A DNA stretch of 44,110 nt. It comes from a virus. Lineage: Duplodnaviria > Caudoviricetes. Shown here in pieces: positions 27,051 to 35,508 of the stretch. Below the pieces are notes generated by a model. That model had not been told where the DNA came from, did not search any database, and was given only the letters and a program-made list of their open reading frames with translations. The position numbers and the translations under genes were made by a program. The DNA lies in IMG/VR virus record IMGVR_UViG_3300030376_001719, positions 1 through 44,110 of that record; one strand, 5' to 3'. Position 1 is the stretch's first letter. Every line of letters begins with the position of its first letter.

Positions 27051-27287
27051 TTAACATTTCCATTTACGTAGGGCTAGAGCCTTCCGGGTGGGCTTACCGT
27101 TCTTCTTCATCGGTCCTTTGTTACCTTTCATTCGGGCACAGAAGGACCGCTTACGAGGACCGCCACCTGGTTGGGGAGCTTTCAGGTTTGAACCTGTTTC
27201 ACGATTATACTTCTCGCGACCTGCTTTTGTCAAGCCGCCAGACCGTGACTTGTGCTTCCCCATCCGTAGACTAACGGATTTAGCCAT
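27051..27287 (-). CDS. 78-aa basic protein
   Basis: GGLTKAGREKYNRETGSNLKAPQ...RKRSFCARM...ALRKWKC, a pattern typical of small marine-phage proteins. Confidence 0.8.
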   Translation of the reverse strand: MAKSVSLRMGKHKSRSGGLTKAGREKYNRETGSNLKAPQPGGGPRKRSFCARMKGNKGPMKKNGKPTRKALALRKWKC

Positions 27288-27370
27288 TATTTTTTAACCG
27301 GTTTCATCGGTTTGTTCTTTTTAGGTGGGCGACCCTTTTTGGATCCATAAGTTCCTTTACCTTGAGGCAT
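27287..27370 (-). CDS. 27-aa basic peptide
   Basis: MPQGKGTYGSKKGRPPKKNKPMKPVKK; TAATG overlaps on both sides. Confidence 0.65.
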   Translation of the reverse strand: MPQGKGTYGSKKGRPPKKNKPMKPVKK

Positions 27371-27540
27371 TACCATACTCCGGGGATAATTTGACCAGTG
27401 AGTGCATACGCTCCAAGCGCAGCCATCACGCCGAGCATGGCAAGCCTGCCATTAAGACGCTCGGCGCGTTCGTTATGAGGAATAGAGTTTTCGTCGATGT
27501 ACATACGTGGTTCGGTGGGCCAGATTTGAGTGTCGTTCAT
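27370..27540 (-). CDS. hli: High-light inducible protein
   Basis: Hand-translated 56 aa with AERLNGRLAMLG and TGQIIPGVW motifs. Confidence 0.95.
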   Translation of the reverse strand: MNDTQIWPTEPRMYIDENSIPHNERAERLNGRLAMLGVMAALGAYALTGQIIPGVW

Positions 27541-28619
27541 TAACCGATAGCGGGTGAAGTAAGTGCGATAGGTGCAGACTCAGCAGTTGCCAAGTCAAGA
27601 GGGAAGTTGTGTGCATTACGCTCGTGCATGACTTCCATACCAAGACCAGCTCGGTTGAGGATGTCAGCCCAGGTGTTGATCACACGACCATCAGCAGCCT
27701 GAATAGACTGGTTGAAGTTGAAGCCATTCAAGTTGAATGCCATGGTGCTCACACCAAGTGCAGTGAACCAGATACCCACCACAGGCCAAGCAGCCAAGAA
27801 AAAGTGAAGGCTACGTGAGTTATTAAAAGATGCATATTGGAAGATCAAACGTCCGAAGTAACCGTGTGCAGCTACGATGTTATACGTCTCTTCTTCTTGC
27901 CCAAACTTGTAACCATAGTTCTGTGACTCGCTTTCAGTAGTCTCACGAACCAGAGAAGAAGTAACAAGGCTACCGTGCATGGCGCTAAACAAACTGCCAC
28001 CAAAAACACCAGCGACCCCAAGCATATGGAAGGGATGCATAAGAATGTTGTGCTCAGCTTGGAATACCAACATGTAGTTGAAGGTACCCGAGATGCCCAA
28101 CGGCATTCCATCAGAGAAACTACCTTGTCCAAAAGGATAGACAAGGAATACAGCTGTTGCAGCAGCAACTGGTGCGGAGTATGCGACAAAGATCCAGGGC
28201 CTCATTCCGAGTCGGTAACTAAGTTCCCATTCGCGTCCCATGTAAGCGAAGACACCGATGAGAAAGTGGAACACCACAAGTTGGTATGGTCCTCCGTTGT
28301 AGAGCCACTCATCGAGGGAAGCGGCTTCCCAGATTGAGTAGAGATGTAGTCCGATTGCGTTGCTGGAGGGGACAACCGCTCCAGAGATGATGTTGTTTCC
28401 GTACAGGAGTGAGCCTGCGACTGGTTCTCTGATTCCATCGATATCAACTGGGGGTGCTGCAATGAATGCGATGATAAAACAAGTGGTAGCTGCCAGTAGA
28501 CAAGGTACCATGAGGACACCGAAGTGTCCCACATAGAGCCGGTTCTCAGTGCTGCTAACCCACTGGAGGTAGCGATCCCACAAAGAGGAACGCTTCTGAA
28601 GTGCGATAGTAGCTGTCAT
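27540..28619 (-). CDS. psbA: Photosystem II D1 protein
   Basis: [38 protein letters not shown]; 359 aa. Confidence 0.99.
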   Translation of the reverse strand: MTATIALQKRSSLWDRYLQWVSSTENRLYVGHFGVLMVPCLLAATTCFIIAFIAAPPVDIDGIREPVAGSLLYGNNIISGAVVPSSNAIGLHLYSIWEAASLDEWLYNGGPYQLVVFHFLIGVFAYMGREWELSYRLGMRPWIFVAYSAPVAAATAVFLVYPFGQGSFSDGMPLGISGTFNYMLVFQAEHNILMHPFHMLGVAGVFGGSLFSAMHGSLVTSSLVRETTESESQNYGYKFGQEEETYNIVAAHGYFGRLIFQYASFNNSRSLHFFLAAWPVVGIWFTALGVSTMAFNLNGFNFNQSIQAADGRVINTWADILNRAGLGMEVMHERNAHNFPLDLATAESAPIALTSPAIG

Positions 28620-28626
28620 TGTTTAA

Positions 28627-29367
28627 TTAATAAGTGTTGAGGTCAGAACGATCTAGTTTATTGAAGATGTCCTGACGATAAGCTGGATCACTGTCGTAGC
28701 GTGGGTCATTCATAGCTTGAATAACCTCAGCCTGGGACCGGAATACATTAGCAGTTTGTGCAGTACCCTTACCCGTAAGCATCTCACCTTCCATACCATT
28801 CTGGTTTTGGTAAGCTGCCATGAGTCCGTTAACTGCAAGCTGAATAGCATAACGATTACCAGTTGCTACCAACTGATCGAATCCCTCCACAAGTTCGGGA
28901 GGGAAGTTTTCGTTAGACCACTGCATGAGTTCTGCGTAGCCTTCTTCTCCACCAACTGAGTTCTGGATGGTGCTGATGTCAGCATCTTCTAGTTCCACAG
29001 CGGCGGGGTTGTAGTCTGCATTAAGGAATGCTTTGGCAACCTCTTGTGAGTCCATCTCTGCGAACTGAGCCATCAGCTCATCAGGGTTCTCAGCATTCAG
29101 GACATCATTGACTAGGCTAGATACAGGATCTTGCTCAGCCTCAGGCTCAGCCTCTGGTGCCTCTTGCTCAGTACGAGCTTCGGGGTCACCGAGTTTCTTC
29201 TGCAGTTCAATGTAGGCTTGCTCTAGGTCTTCAGCAGACTTGAACTTACCTGCAAAGGTTGCTTGTTCCTCTTGGAACGCCTGTTCTCCAACTTGAATAG
29301 CCTCTTGTTCAGCTTCTGTGAACTCAGGTGCATTCACATCTGTAGGATCATAATTAAGAGTTGCCAT
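28627..29367 (-). CDS. Capsid assembly scaffolding protein (T7 gp9-like)
   Basis: Acidic; AGKFKSAEDLEQAYIELQKKLG, VGGEEGY, AMNDPRYDSDPAYR. Confidence 0.92.
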   Translation of the reverse strand: MATLNYDPTDVNAPEFTEAEQEAIQVGEQAFQEEQATFAGKFKSAEDLEQAYIELQKKLGDPEARTEQEAPEAEPEAEQDPVSSLVNDVLNAENPDELMAQFAEMDSQEVAKAFLNADYNPAAVELEDADISTIQNSVGGEEGYAELMQWSNENFPPELVEGFDQLVATGNRYAIQLAVNGLMAAYQNQNGMEGEMLTGKGTAQTANVFRSQAEVIQAMNDPRYDSDPAYRQDIFNKLDRSDLNTY

Positions 29368-29587
29368 TATCTTTCACTCCTTTGGCGTGGACTACGTTTA
29401 GTTTACCCAGCCCTACGCTAGTAACATAGTTAGGACTGCGACCCACCAACGGCTTACCCAGTTTATCTTTGGGAGCATACTTGTTGATTGGGATTTCTTC
29501 TTCAGTTTTTTCGACCTGTGTTTCTACAGGTTCAACTGGTTTAGCCAGCGCCTTGCGGGGGCGGCGGGGCTTCTTCGGTTCCGTCAT
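29354..29587 (-). CDS. Hypothetical protein
   Basis: 77-aa ORF bridging portal and scaffold, overlapping both. Confidence 0.6.
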   Translation of the reverse strand: MTEPKKPRRPRKALAKPVEPVETQVEKTEEEIPINKYAPKDKLGKPLVGRSPNYVTSVGLGKLNVVHAKGVKDNGNS

Positions 29588-31127
29588 TTGACTCAGGGTT
29601 TAGGGCGGGATTTTTACTGGGATCATTTGCAGGAGCATTTGCCAGCTGACCAGTCTGCTTAACAAGTTCCATCTCTTTCTGCTGATCCATAGCTTGTTGA
29701 TTCTCAGCTTGTAGCTGGTCTTGAGACTTGATAAGGTTCAGCGTGTCGATACCTTGTGCCGCAGCAAGTCGTTTGATGTACTCACTGGGGTCAATGTATT
29801 GCATGATGGCCTGTGGTCCCATCGTCTGTGCGATGGTCATCAGGAATTGTGTAAGAGATTCTCGATCTTGTCCACGTCCTAGTGCATTCACACCAGCAAC
29901 GATGGACGGGCGGACCAGATCACGTGGTATCTTGGGGATCTGACCCGACCGTTGTAGTACCAGCAGCGTCCTGTTTAGATAAGGGATGAGGAATTCAATA
30001 GTAAGCAACGAGAAGATACCTCCTAACTGTTGCTCAAGTTCAAGCTGTGTAAGCCTGACTTCCTCAGCTGTTGTACGTTCTGACTGTCGGATGTTAAGCA
30101 CCAGGAATGCATCACTGATTCGTTGTGCCATTGTCTGTGCCATCTGTGCAGCAGTAGCGAAGTCCGCTTGCTTACCCACAGTGACAGCCTGCACATCCTC
30201 TGGACGTCCTTGTACAATAGCACCGTTTCCTGCCTTGGCTAGAGTCTGAGGCTTGGTTGTCGATGATGGTGACACCAAGAACACTACCTTAGCAGCAACT
30301 GCTGACCCTTCAACCAGGGCTTGTGACAGTGCTTCAAGTGATTTGAGATCACCGAGGTACTCCTCTACTCTGCCACGACCATAGTCTTCGCCGTCAACAG
30401 TGTTGAATCTGAGGACCAAAAATGGACTAGCATTCTTAGGGGCTGTGCTTTTGGTACCAGGGATCACCTTATCAAAGGCTTCCTGATGCCAGTTCCAGCG
30501 ACCGTTCTTACTATCCAGATGGACATAGGTGTACACCTCAACCTCCTGGTCCTTTGTGCCTTCGCGTCCTACGTGATTAGGAAGTGGTTCCTTCAGCACA
30601 TCGCCAAGAACCTCACGACTAATTTTTTCTTTAGTTACAATCTCGATCACGTTACCATTACCATCACGGTTGACAACGTATCGATTCAGTGGGTAATGTT
30701 TCAACCCTTCTTTACCCATGTAGATCAGTGCATTACCACCGACAATGAGATGTCGTACAGCTTCATGTACAACCACACGATCACTTGACGCATTGATGTA
30801 ATCCATGATCATCCTTTCTACCTTAGAGAAAGAGAGATCAAGTTCACTTCTAATCTGTGGGTCAAGTTCTTCACCCAGCTTGTCATCCCTAACCTGTAGT
30901 TTAAAGAACGTGGTTTGGGGAGGGAGCAAGGCAAGCATCAGCTTAGCTGCCAGCGTTGTGACAGCTTTAGAACCAACTGCTTGCCATGGTGTAGTAAGAG
31001 ACTTGCGGTCTTGTGATTCGTCTTGTCGGATAAGGTAAGGCAGAGTCAAACGTGAGCATTCAACTGCCATGTCAAGATAATTATCTCGACGTGAACGCAG
31101 TTTATCATACCGTTCCTTTGCTTTCAT
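29541..31127 (-). CDS. Portal / head-tail connector (T7 gp8-like)
   Basis: LAAKLMLALLPP, GEDYGRGRVEEYLGDL, RTTAEEVR, ALGRGQD. Confidence 0.97.
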   Translation of the reverse strand: MKAKERYDKLRSRRDNYLDMAVECSRLTLPYLIRQDESQDRKSLTTPWQAVGSKAVTTLAAKLMLALLPPQTTFFKLQVRDDKLGEELDPQIRSELDLSFSKVERMIMDYINASSDRVVVHEAVRHLIVGGNALIYMGKEGLKHYPLNRYVVNRDGNGNVIEIVTKEKISREVLGDVLKEPLPNHVGREGTKDQEVEVYTYVHLDSKNGRWNWHQEAFDKVIPGTKSTAPKNASPFLVLRFNTVDGEDYGRGRVEEYLGDLKSLEALSQALVEGSAVAAKVVFLVSPSSTTKPQTLAKAGNGAIVQGRPEDVQAVTVGKQADFATAAQMAQTMAQRISDAFLVLNIRQSERTTAEEVRLTQLELEQQLGGIFSLLTIEFLIPYLNRTLLVLQRSGQIPKIPRDLVRPSIVAGVNALGRGQDRESLTQFLMTIAQTMGPQAIMQYIDPSEYIKRLAAAQGIDTLNLIKSQDQLQAENQQAMDQQKEMELVKQTGQLANAPANDPSKNPALNPESNDGTEEAPPPPQGAG

Positions 31128-31528
31128 TATGCTAGACCACCCATGCCACCTGTACGGCTACCTGCAGCACCACCCATGCCAAGTGGGTTAGAGAACTGAT
31201 AGGTGCCTTTGGATACTGCACGCTTAGATTCAGTCTTGGAAACTGAAGACCTAAACTTAGGTTTGTAGTCAGAACCACGTAAAGCTTTGTTTGCTTTTGG
31301 TGGTCCCTGTGCAATCTGTGCCATCAACTGTTGTTGACGCTCAGCCATGCGTTGCTGTGCTAGGTTAGCCTGGTATGAAGCATCAGCTGAAGCTTTCTGT
31401 GCACTAAATGCACTAGCAAAGTTTTGAAATGCACGACCGGGGCGAGAGGCACGGGCTACGTTGTTCGCTGAGGCGGCAGAACCACCCATGGCAATGACTT
31501 GGTTATAAAAGTTTTGATTAAATGCCAT
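31127..31528 (-). CDS. Small virion protein (T7 gp6.7/7.3 position)
   Basis: 133 aa, Ala/Gly/Lys-rich, coupled to portal start. Confidence 0.6.
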   Translation of the reverse strand: MAFNQNFYNQVIAMGGSAASANNVARASRPGRAFQNFASAFSAQKASADASYQANLAQQRMAERQQQLMAQIAQGPPKANKALRGSDYKPKFRSSVSKTESKRAVSKGTYQFSNPLGMGGAAGSRTGGMGGLA

Positions 31529-31706
31529 CTTGTTCTAATCGATTGAGTAACCACTCCACTACGGAGCGTTGTCCAGATCGATACATGATAGTTGAGATGC
31601 TATCACCTGGACCTGGGTTTGTGGGTGGAAAGTTTTCTTCCATCTCTGCTAAGATAGACTTGACGGACATGCCGTAAGTCTCAAGCGTATTGAGGGAGAT
31701 TGACAT
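31518..31706 (-). CDS. Hypothetical protein (T7 gp6.5-like position)
   Basis: MSISLNT...IMYRSGQRSVVEWL; start reassigned to ATG 31706. Confidence 0.7.
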   Translation of the reverse strand: MSISLNTLETYGMSVKSILAEMEENFPPTNPGPGDSISTIMYRSGQRSVVEWLLNRLEQDGI

Positions 31707-32397
31707 TGGAATGTTCAAAGAATGCCGGCATACGTGCCGACCTGGTGTTAGAAAAGCCCTCTGCGATACCCTTTTCAAAAAGTGAATCGCTCTGTGAGTG
31801 CCAAAAATTTTTCGCTAAAAACTTATCGGTGTTTTCAGCTTGTAGAGGCTGGAAAACCCAGTCTACAGTTGCTTTTCTCAGTTTGTTGAGAGACTTAGAA
31901 GGATTAAGACCCAGCTCACGGCATACAAGAGAATTCGTAGCAACATGAATCTGTTCATCACGGCTAATATCTGCGGAAATCGTCCTCAGGCCAGCATCTC
32001 CGGCATAGCGAAAGAATGGGAGCAAACAGAAGAAAACACTACGTTCGGCTACCATAGCCTTGACAATTGTGTGGTCTTCATGCTCTTCCCATGCTTTTTT
32101 CAAGATCTGTGCTTCTCGTTCTGCTTTTTCATCGGTACCGAGTGCATTTACAGCATAGTTCAGAGCCAAATCATGGTTTTCTTCATCCTTGATGTTCATC
32201 TCAAGGATCTGACGTGCTGCATCAGGGATCTCACCTTTTAATGAGTGTGATATAAAGTCACCCACCGGCAGTTCGAGACAGCGGAGAGCTAAGGCGCGGT
32301 AAACAGCTTCTTCCGCGCCAGATTTAAGTGTACCTGCTTCAGTTTGAACAGGAGTCCAGGTCCGTTTCCTGGAGATTAGTTTATCATACGGGGTCAT
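31681..32397 (-). CDS. nrdB: Ribonucleotide reductase small (ferritin-like, beta) subunit
   Basis: Di-metal motifs DEENH and DEQIH plus two further Glu; directly after the alpha subunit with ATGA overlap. Confidence 0.8.
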   Translation of the reverse strand: MTPYDKLISRKRTWTPVQTEAGTLKSGAEEAVYRALALRCLELPVGDFISHSLKGEIPDAARQILEMNIKDEENHDLALNYAVNALGTDEKAEREAQILKKAWEEHEDHTIVKAMVAERSVFFCLLPFFRYAGDAGLRTISADISRDEQIHVATNSLVCRELGLNPSKSLNKLRKATVDWVFQPLQAENTDKFLAKNFWHSQSDSLFEKGIAEGFSNTRSARMPAFFEHSNVNLPQYA

Positions 32398-33770
32398 TCT
32401 GCGCAATCACATTGAGGTTCAGGAGTTAACAAGTCCGCAAGGTAATCATCAACATCAGACTCATCAAGTGCAGCGTATGCACTAGTCTTGTCCTGGACGT
32501 CTCCCATTACCTGCAAACTGTAATAGAGGCTTGTTTGAGGAGACGATAGCCACTCTTCAATGAACGCATTGTCATAGGTTACCTGATCACTCCATGAGTT
32601 GAACGAGTATCCGTGAAGAAGTCCTGTTTTTTCAAGCATTATCATAAGCTGGTCCGCTACAAGTTTGTACGATTCCCAGCCTACTTCAGAGGCGATCTCA
32701 ACATCGCCATATTCATAGGTATTGACACCAAAGGTGCCACTGTCCCGGTCAACTGACCGAGCAATAGGTGGAGCGATCTCAGGACAGGAAGTGAACCCGT
32801 CTAGACCGACGCTACGATAGCTGCAGGAGGCCGTAGGAGCGATGGCAAAGGCTCTTACCATGTTATGACTCTTGGCGATGGCTGCAGCCTGCTCAATGCC
32901 ATCTCTGATGGACTGAGCGATATCATGAGCGGTTGAGAAGTTTACCTTCTCTTGATTAATATCACGGAGAGCTATTCCAAACTCTCCATACTTGACTCCA
33001 TTTTGGCGGAGCAAGTTGGCAAGTCCAAGCATTCCAAGCCCGACTTGCTTATCAACGTCTGGGCTGAGGTATTCCCCAGATTCTCCGACACCTGTCGTAG
33101 GATGGAGCGCACACAACTCGGACATACCCTCAACGAAAGCTTTTGGGATGTCAGAGAGAGTACAGGCAGCGAGATTGACATGCTGCAACAAGCATGTGCC
33201 TCGTGAAGGCAGGTAAACCTCAAGACAGACGTTTCCTCTGATGCGGTTTCCATCTTTGTCGTACCTAATTTTATTCAGCCAGATGTCTCCTTTCCGAATC
33301 CCTTGGAGGAGTTCTTCTTTGTAGGGGAACTCATGCCAGGATTCTTCAGTGAGATTGATGCAGCGTTTAACCCAGGGTAGTTCATGTCGGGGTGTTTGAA
33401 TGAATTCGAGTGAGTCAGGGTGGTCGATGTCGAGATGCAAAACGCAAGCCCCATTACGGAAGGTGCCACCTCTGCGTAACACTTCATTGAGCATAGAGTA
33501 GATGCGTCCAAATGACACGGGTCCACTGGCCACTAATTCATCTGGTCCTTTTGTAGTAACAGTACCCTTGGGTCGAAGATTGGACAGGTGTACTGCGACA
33601 CCAGCCCCATGGCGTAAAGCGTGGCTTACGAATCGCCATGAGGATTCGATCCCATTGACACCGGTCATGCTGTCATCAACCGACATAACCGTGCACGATA
33701 CTGGCAATCTGGACTGGGGGTTGTCCATCCAGGACTGTACACGTCCTGTGCGAGAGATGAGTTTAGACAT
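32394..33770 (-). CDS. nrdA: Ribonucleotide reductase large (alpha) subunit, cyanopodovirus type
   Basis: PVSC, NVCLE, CLL, IAPTASCS, C-terminal CDC; no ATP cone; 458 aa. Confidence 0.9.
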   Translation of the reverse strand: MSKLISRTGRVQSWMDNPQSRLPVSCTVMSVDDSMTGVNGIESSWRFVSHALRHGAGVAVHLSNLRPKGTVTTKGPDELVASGPVSFGRIYSMLNEVLRRGGTFRNGACVLHLDIDHPDSLEFIQTPRHELPWVKRCINLTEESWHEFPYKEELLQGIRKGDIWLNKIRYDKDGNRIRGNVCLEVYLPSRGTCLLQHVNLAACTLSDIPKAFVEGMSELCALHPTTGVGESGEYLSPDVDKQVGLGMLGLANLLRQNGVKYGEFGIALRDINQEKVNFSTAHDIAQSIRDGIEQAAAIAKSHNMVRAFAIAPTASCSYRSVGLDGFTSCPEIAPPIARSVDRDSGTFGVNTYEYGDVEIASEVGWESYKLVADQLMIMLEKTGLLHGYSFNSWSDQVTYDNAFIEEWLSSPQTSLYYSLQVMGDVQDKTSAYAALDESDVDDYLADLLTPEPQCDCAE

Positions 33771-34138
33771 TATACTAAATCAGATAAATCGGGTGGTTTG
33801 TAGTTAGGTCCTTTAAGAACCTTGCCGTCCTTGCGTTTAACAGGCTTGCCGTCATTGCCTAGCTTGGACATGTTTGATTTGTGTACACGGCGTAGAGCTT
33901 GTTCAAGATCCCAATCCATGTTTTCAGCGTACTGAGCACAGACATAGACAAGATCAGCCAGCTCTTTCAAGCAAGCTTCACGATCAGGGGGATGCATCAG
34001 AGCCATCTCTAAATCAGCTTGTAGGAACTCTTTGAATTCCTCAACGATCAAATTCTTTTGAGTAGTCCGAAGGCTCAAATCGTTCGGTATACTGTACGCT
34101 CGGCGGAACTCGATCGCTTGGTTGCTCAGGAGTGACAT
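33770..34138 (-). CDS. MazG-like/PRA-PH-like NTP pyrophosphohydrolase
   Basis: LIVEEFKEF, LKELADLVYV, VHKSNMSK, DGKVLKGPNY. Confidence 0.85.
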   Translation of the reverse strand: MSLLSNQAIEFRRAYSIPNDLSLRTTQKNLIVEEFKEFLQADLEMALMHPPDREACLKELADLVYVCAQYAENMDWDLEQALRRVHKSNMSKLGNDGKPVKRKDGKVLKGPNYKPPDLSDLV

Positions 34139-34319
34139 ATTGCAATTCGTTGGTGAGATAATGAATGGCTTTTTCTAGGTCTTCTACATAGTTTTCTTTG
34201 TAGCCTGCTCTGCAAATGTATTTTACAGCGTTACCTAGGTGGTAGGAAAGTCCTTGATCACGAATAAAGTCCCATACTTCGATGGTTCCCCTTCGGTAGT
34301 AGTCTGGCGAGTGGGCCAT
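34041..34319 (-). CDS. DUF3310 protein (T7 gp1.7-related)
   Basis: HSPDYY...LGNAVKYICRAGYK...EDLEKAIHYL. Confidence 0.85.
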   Translation of the reverse strand: MAHSPDYYRRGTIEVWDFIRDQGLSYHLGNAVKYICRAGYKENYVEDLEKAIHYLTNELQYVTPEQPSDRVPPSVQYTERFEPSDYSKEFDR

Positions 34320-34519
34320 TCTTTCAATAGTTGTTTTATGGTGTTGGTCAGAGCAAAGTTTTGACGCTGTAATGCCATGAAGATAGTAATGATGTCTTCC
34401 TTCTGAGCATTAGGCAGGAGGTCTTTCAACCTACGCAGTTGGAACTCTTGCTCCATTGTGGGTTCGGTTACGGGCATCGGCGGGAGTCCAGAGGATGGGT
34501 CGGTGTTCGGTGAGGTCAT
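34235..34519 (-). CDS. nblA: NblA-like phycobilisome degradation protein
   Basis: TMEQEFQLRRL...KEDIITIFMALQRQNFALTNTIKQLLKEW resembles the NblA core; start uncertain (frame open to 34651). Confidence 0.7.
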   Translation of the reverse strand: MTSPNTDPSSGLPPMPVTEPTMEQEFQLRRLKDLLPNAQKEDIITIFMALQRQNFALTNTIKQLLKEWPTRQTTTEGEPSKYGTLFVIKDFPTT

Positions 34520-35192
34520 AGTTCTCGATAGTGAGTATCTTTGCCAGACGTGCATTCTGTAAGGCAACTGACTCATCCAAGTCCTTCTCATCGAAGGCTT
34601 TGACAATCGTTTCCCAAGTGTATCCGTCTTTATCAAAAATAGCAGCAGCACGTTTTACGCCTAATCCAGGAACGCCGGCATAACCATCTGTTTGGTCACC
34701 TGCCAGTGTCTGAATAAAATGCCATTGCATTCCTTCTTCTTCAGTGATCTCCATGGTTTCTGCTAGGTTGTAGAGAAGACCAGGGATCTGTTTCATATCT
34801 TTATCAGGACTGACAATACAGTTGCCTGGATGCAGTGTCGCATAGATTCCCATGGCATCATCTGCTTCCAACTGTGGCATCCTGATTACTTCATATTCAG
34901 TTTTTAGTTTTTCGATTACACGTCTATATCCGCAGGGCTTCTTTCTTTGGCGGTGACCTTTGTAGGAGTCAAGGATAGACTTCCTAAAATTGACACTATC
35001 ACTAAAGAACAGAATAGTACCGGTGCTAGAAAAGAAAGCATCTTCAATCTTTTTAAGTTCGCGTTTTACAGCCTTGTAAGCCTCACTGAACTTTGAGATA
35101 ACCATGATGACATCATCACCCCAGTCAATCTCTGATTCACATGCGGCACAGGATTTATAGACAATATAATCTGCATCAATCAGTAGTTTCAC
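34431..35192 (-). CDS. 5'-3' exonuclease (T7 gp6-like)
   Basis: LLIDADY, YKGHR, LEADD, SPDKD, GDQTDGYAGVPGLG. Confidence 0.93.
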   Translation of the reverse strand: MKLLIDADYIVYKSCAACESEIDWGDDVIMVISKFSEAYKAVKRELKKIEDAFFSSTGTILFFSDSVNFRKSILDSYKGHRQRKKPCGYRRVIEKLKTEYEVIRMPQLEADDAMGIYATLHPGNCIVSPDKDMKQIPGLLYNLAETMEITEEEGMQWHFIQTLAGDQTDGYAGVPGLGVKRAAAIFDKDGYTWETIVKAFDEKDLDESVALQNARLAKILTIENYDLTEHRPILWTPADARNRTHNGARVPTA

Positions 35193-35508
35193 TATTTAAG
35201 TATTTTAGTGCATTTGACACAATGCTAGGTGAGTCTTTTAATAAACCTAAACCAGCATTACAATGCTTACATATGTACCCTCTGAACTCCATGGTCTCAT
35301 GATTATGATCTAGAACCCATACTTCCGTATGTGTACCACAAATAGGACATGGACCTGGTTCAGGTTTGGGGTGTGCCTTTTTTAAGTTACGTATGGTTTT
35401 ATCATGTTTGCCTCTACAGTCACGACAGACTCTTCGAGGTGCACGTGTAGGTCCATCCTGTTTAGGGAACTCATTGAGTGGTTTTATCTCACCACATTTA
35501 GTGCACAT
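35176..35508 (-). CDS. Endonuclease VII-like Zn nuclease (possible homing endonuclease)
   Basis: CxxC...CxxC, CPICG, LDHNH...RGYICKHCNAGLG; start taken at MCTKC. Confidence 0.8.
   Translation of the reverse strand: MCTKCGEIKPLNEFPKQDGPTRAPRRVCRDCRGKHDKTIRNLKKAHPKPEPGPCPICGTHTEVWVLDHNHETMEFRGYICKHCNAGLGLLKDSPSIVSNALKYLNSETTD

Noticed and set aside
31686-31702. Partial similarity to the promoter repeat (CGTATTGAGGGAGATTG)
   Set aside because: Needs gaps and lacks the G-run start; probably chance
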